Below the pieces are notes generated by a model that was not told where the DNA came from, did not search any database, and saw only the letters and a program-made list of their open reading frames with translations. From positions 26,414,001 through 26,478,000 of the forward strand of contig NC_086118.1 in NCBI RefSeq assembly GCF_963921235.1: a stretch of DNA of 64,000 nt, given 5' to 3'. This document shows, in pieces, positions 63,541-64,000 of the stretch; within the stretch, counting starts at the first letter, position 1; each line of letters opens with the position of its first letter. A program made the translations under genes and the position numbers. The stretch comes from Mobula hypostoma. Its lineage: Eukaryota.

Positions 63541-63633
63541 CTGGTCTGGCGTAGGGGGATGGGCAAGGAGATGCACAAAAAGGGGTCAAAGGTGTTGCTC
63601 TGTTTAAGGCAGTGAGGGCAGGTTAAAGATGAC
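63541..63633 (-). CDS. USP43: Internal coding exon (93 bp, phase 2/2) of ubiquitin-specific protease 43 (USP31/43 family)
   Basis: Minus strand reads ttttttctccttcag|G TCA TCT TTA ACC...CAG ACC AG|gtacat, with canonical AG/GT and a polypyrimidine tract. It encodes (R)SSLTCPHCLKQSNTFDPFLCISLPIPLRQT(R), the USP fingers-subdomain CxxC segment. As I recall the paralogues, CLKQ and PLRQTR match USP43, while USP31 has CQKQ and PLPHTR. Confidence 0.85.
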
Positions 63634-63872
63634 CTGAAGGAGAAAAAAAGCGAACAAGTTAATAGAAAAGTTAAATGCTCACAATATACATAACAAGAAA
63701 TGTGACAGCTCATAACCATCTTACAGAATCATTATTGCACTATATTGATTTGTACATACTCAGCAACAACATCAATTAACAAAGACAGATTTTACCTTGG
63801 TAATGTGTTGAAGAACAAAAATCTATAAAGCTTCAGCATTACATCTTTGCTTTTATATTCCAGTCCTGTATT

Positions 63873-64000
63873 CAGGAGGAGTAGAATGTAAAAACAAAGA
63901 ATTTATGCTGAGACTTTATAAGACATTGTTCAGACCACATTTAGAGATCTGTGAGCAGTTTTGGGCTCAATGTCTGAGGAAGGATATGCTGGCACTGGAG
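63873..64000 (+). mobile_element. CR1 fragment running off the window
   Basis: MLRLYKTLFRPHLEICEQFWAQCLRKDMLALE. Confidence 0.85.

Overview
Eukaryotic, AT-rich, transposon-dense vertebrate DNA. The repeat repertoire (CR1, Rex1/Babar, Penelope-like, V-SINE and Deu-type SINEs) suggests a cartilaginous fish, which is an inference. The only host coding sequence I recognise is one 93-bp minus-strand exon (63541-63633) of a USP43/USP31-type deubiquitinase, closest to USP43. The rest appears to be a very large intron, and nearly all long ORFs in the track are transposon fragments or chance ORFs. The most notable element is a young, 5'-truncated Penelope-like retroelement (2819-5930, RT plus GIY-YIG). 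It carries an intact minimal type I hammerhead ribozyme core at 5833-5868, and several palindromic or degenerate remnants of the same terminal repeat lie elsewhere in the window. Also present are several nested insertions with readable target-site duplications (TSDs), a full-length decayed hAT, an internally deleted Tigger with a ~240-bp hairpin, a mosaic MITE, a solo LTR, and a recurring non-coding retroposon family with a conserved 3' stem-loop. I found no CRISPR array, prokaryotic operon or clearly new multi-gene system. Penelope-associated hammerheads are a known class. Repeat family names come from motif recognition, not database searches, and boundaries without a TSD are approximate.
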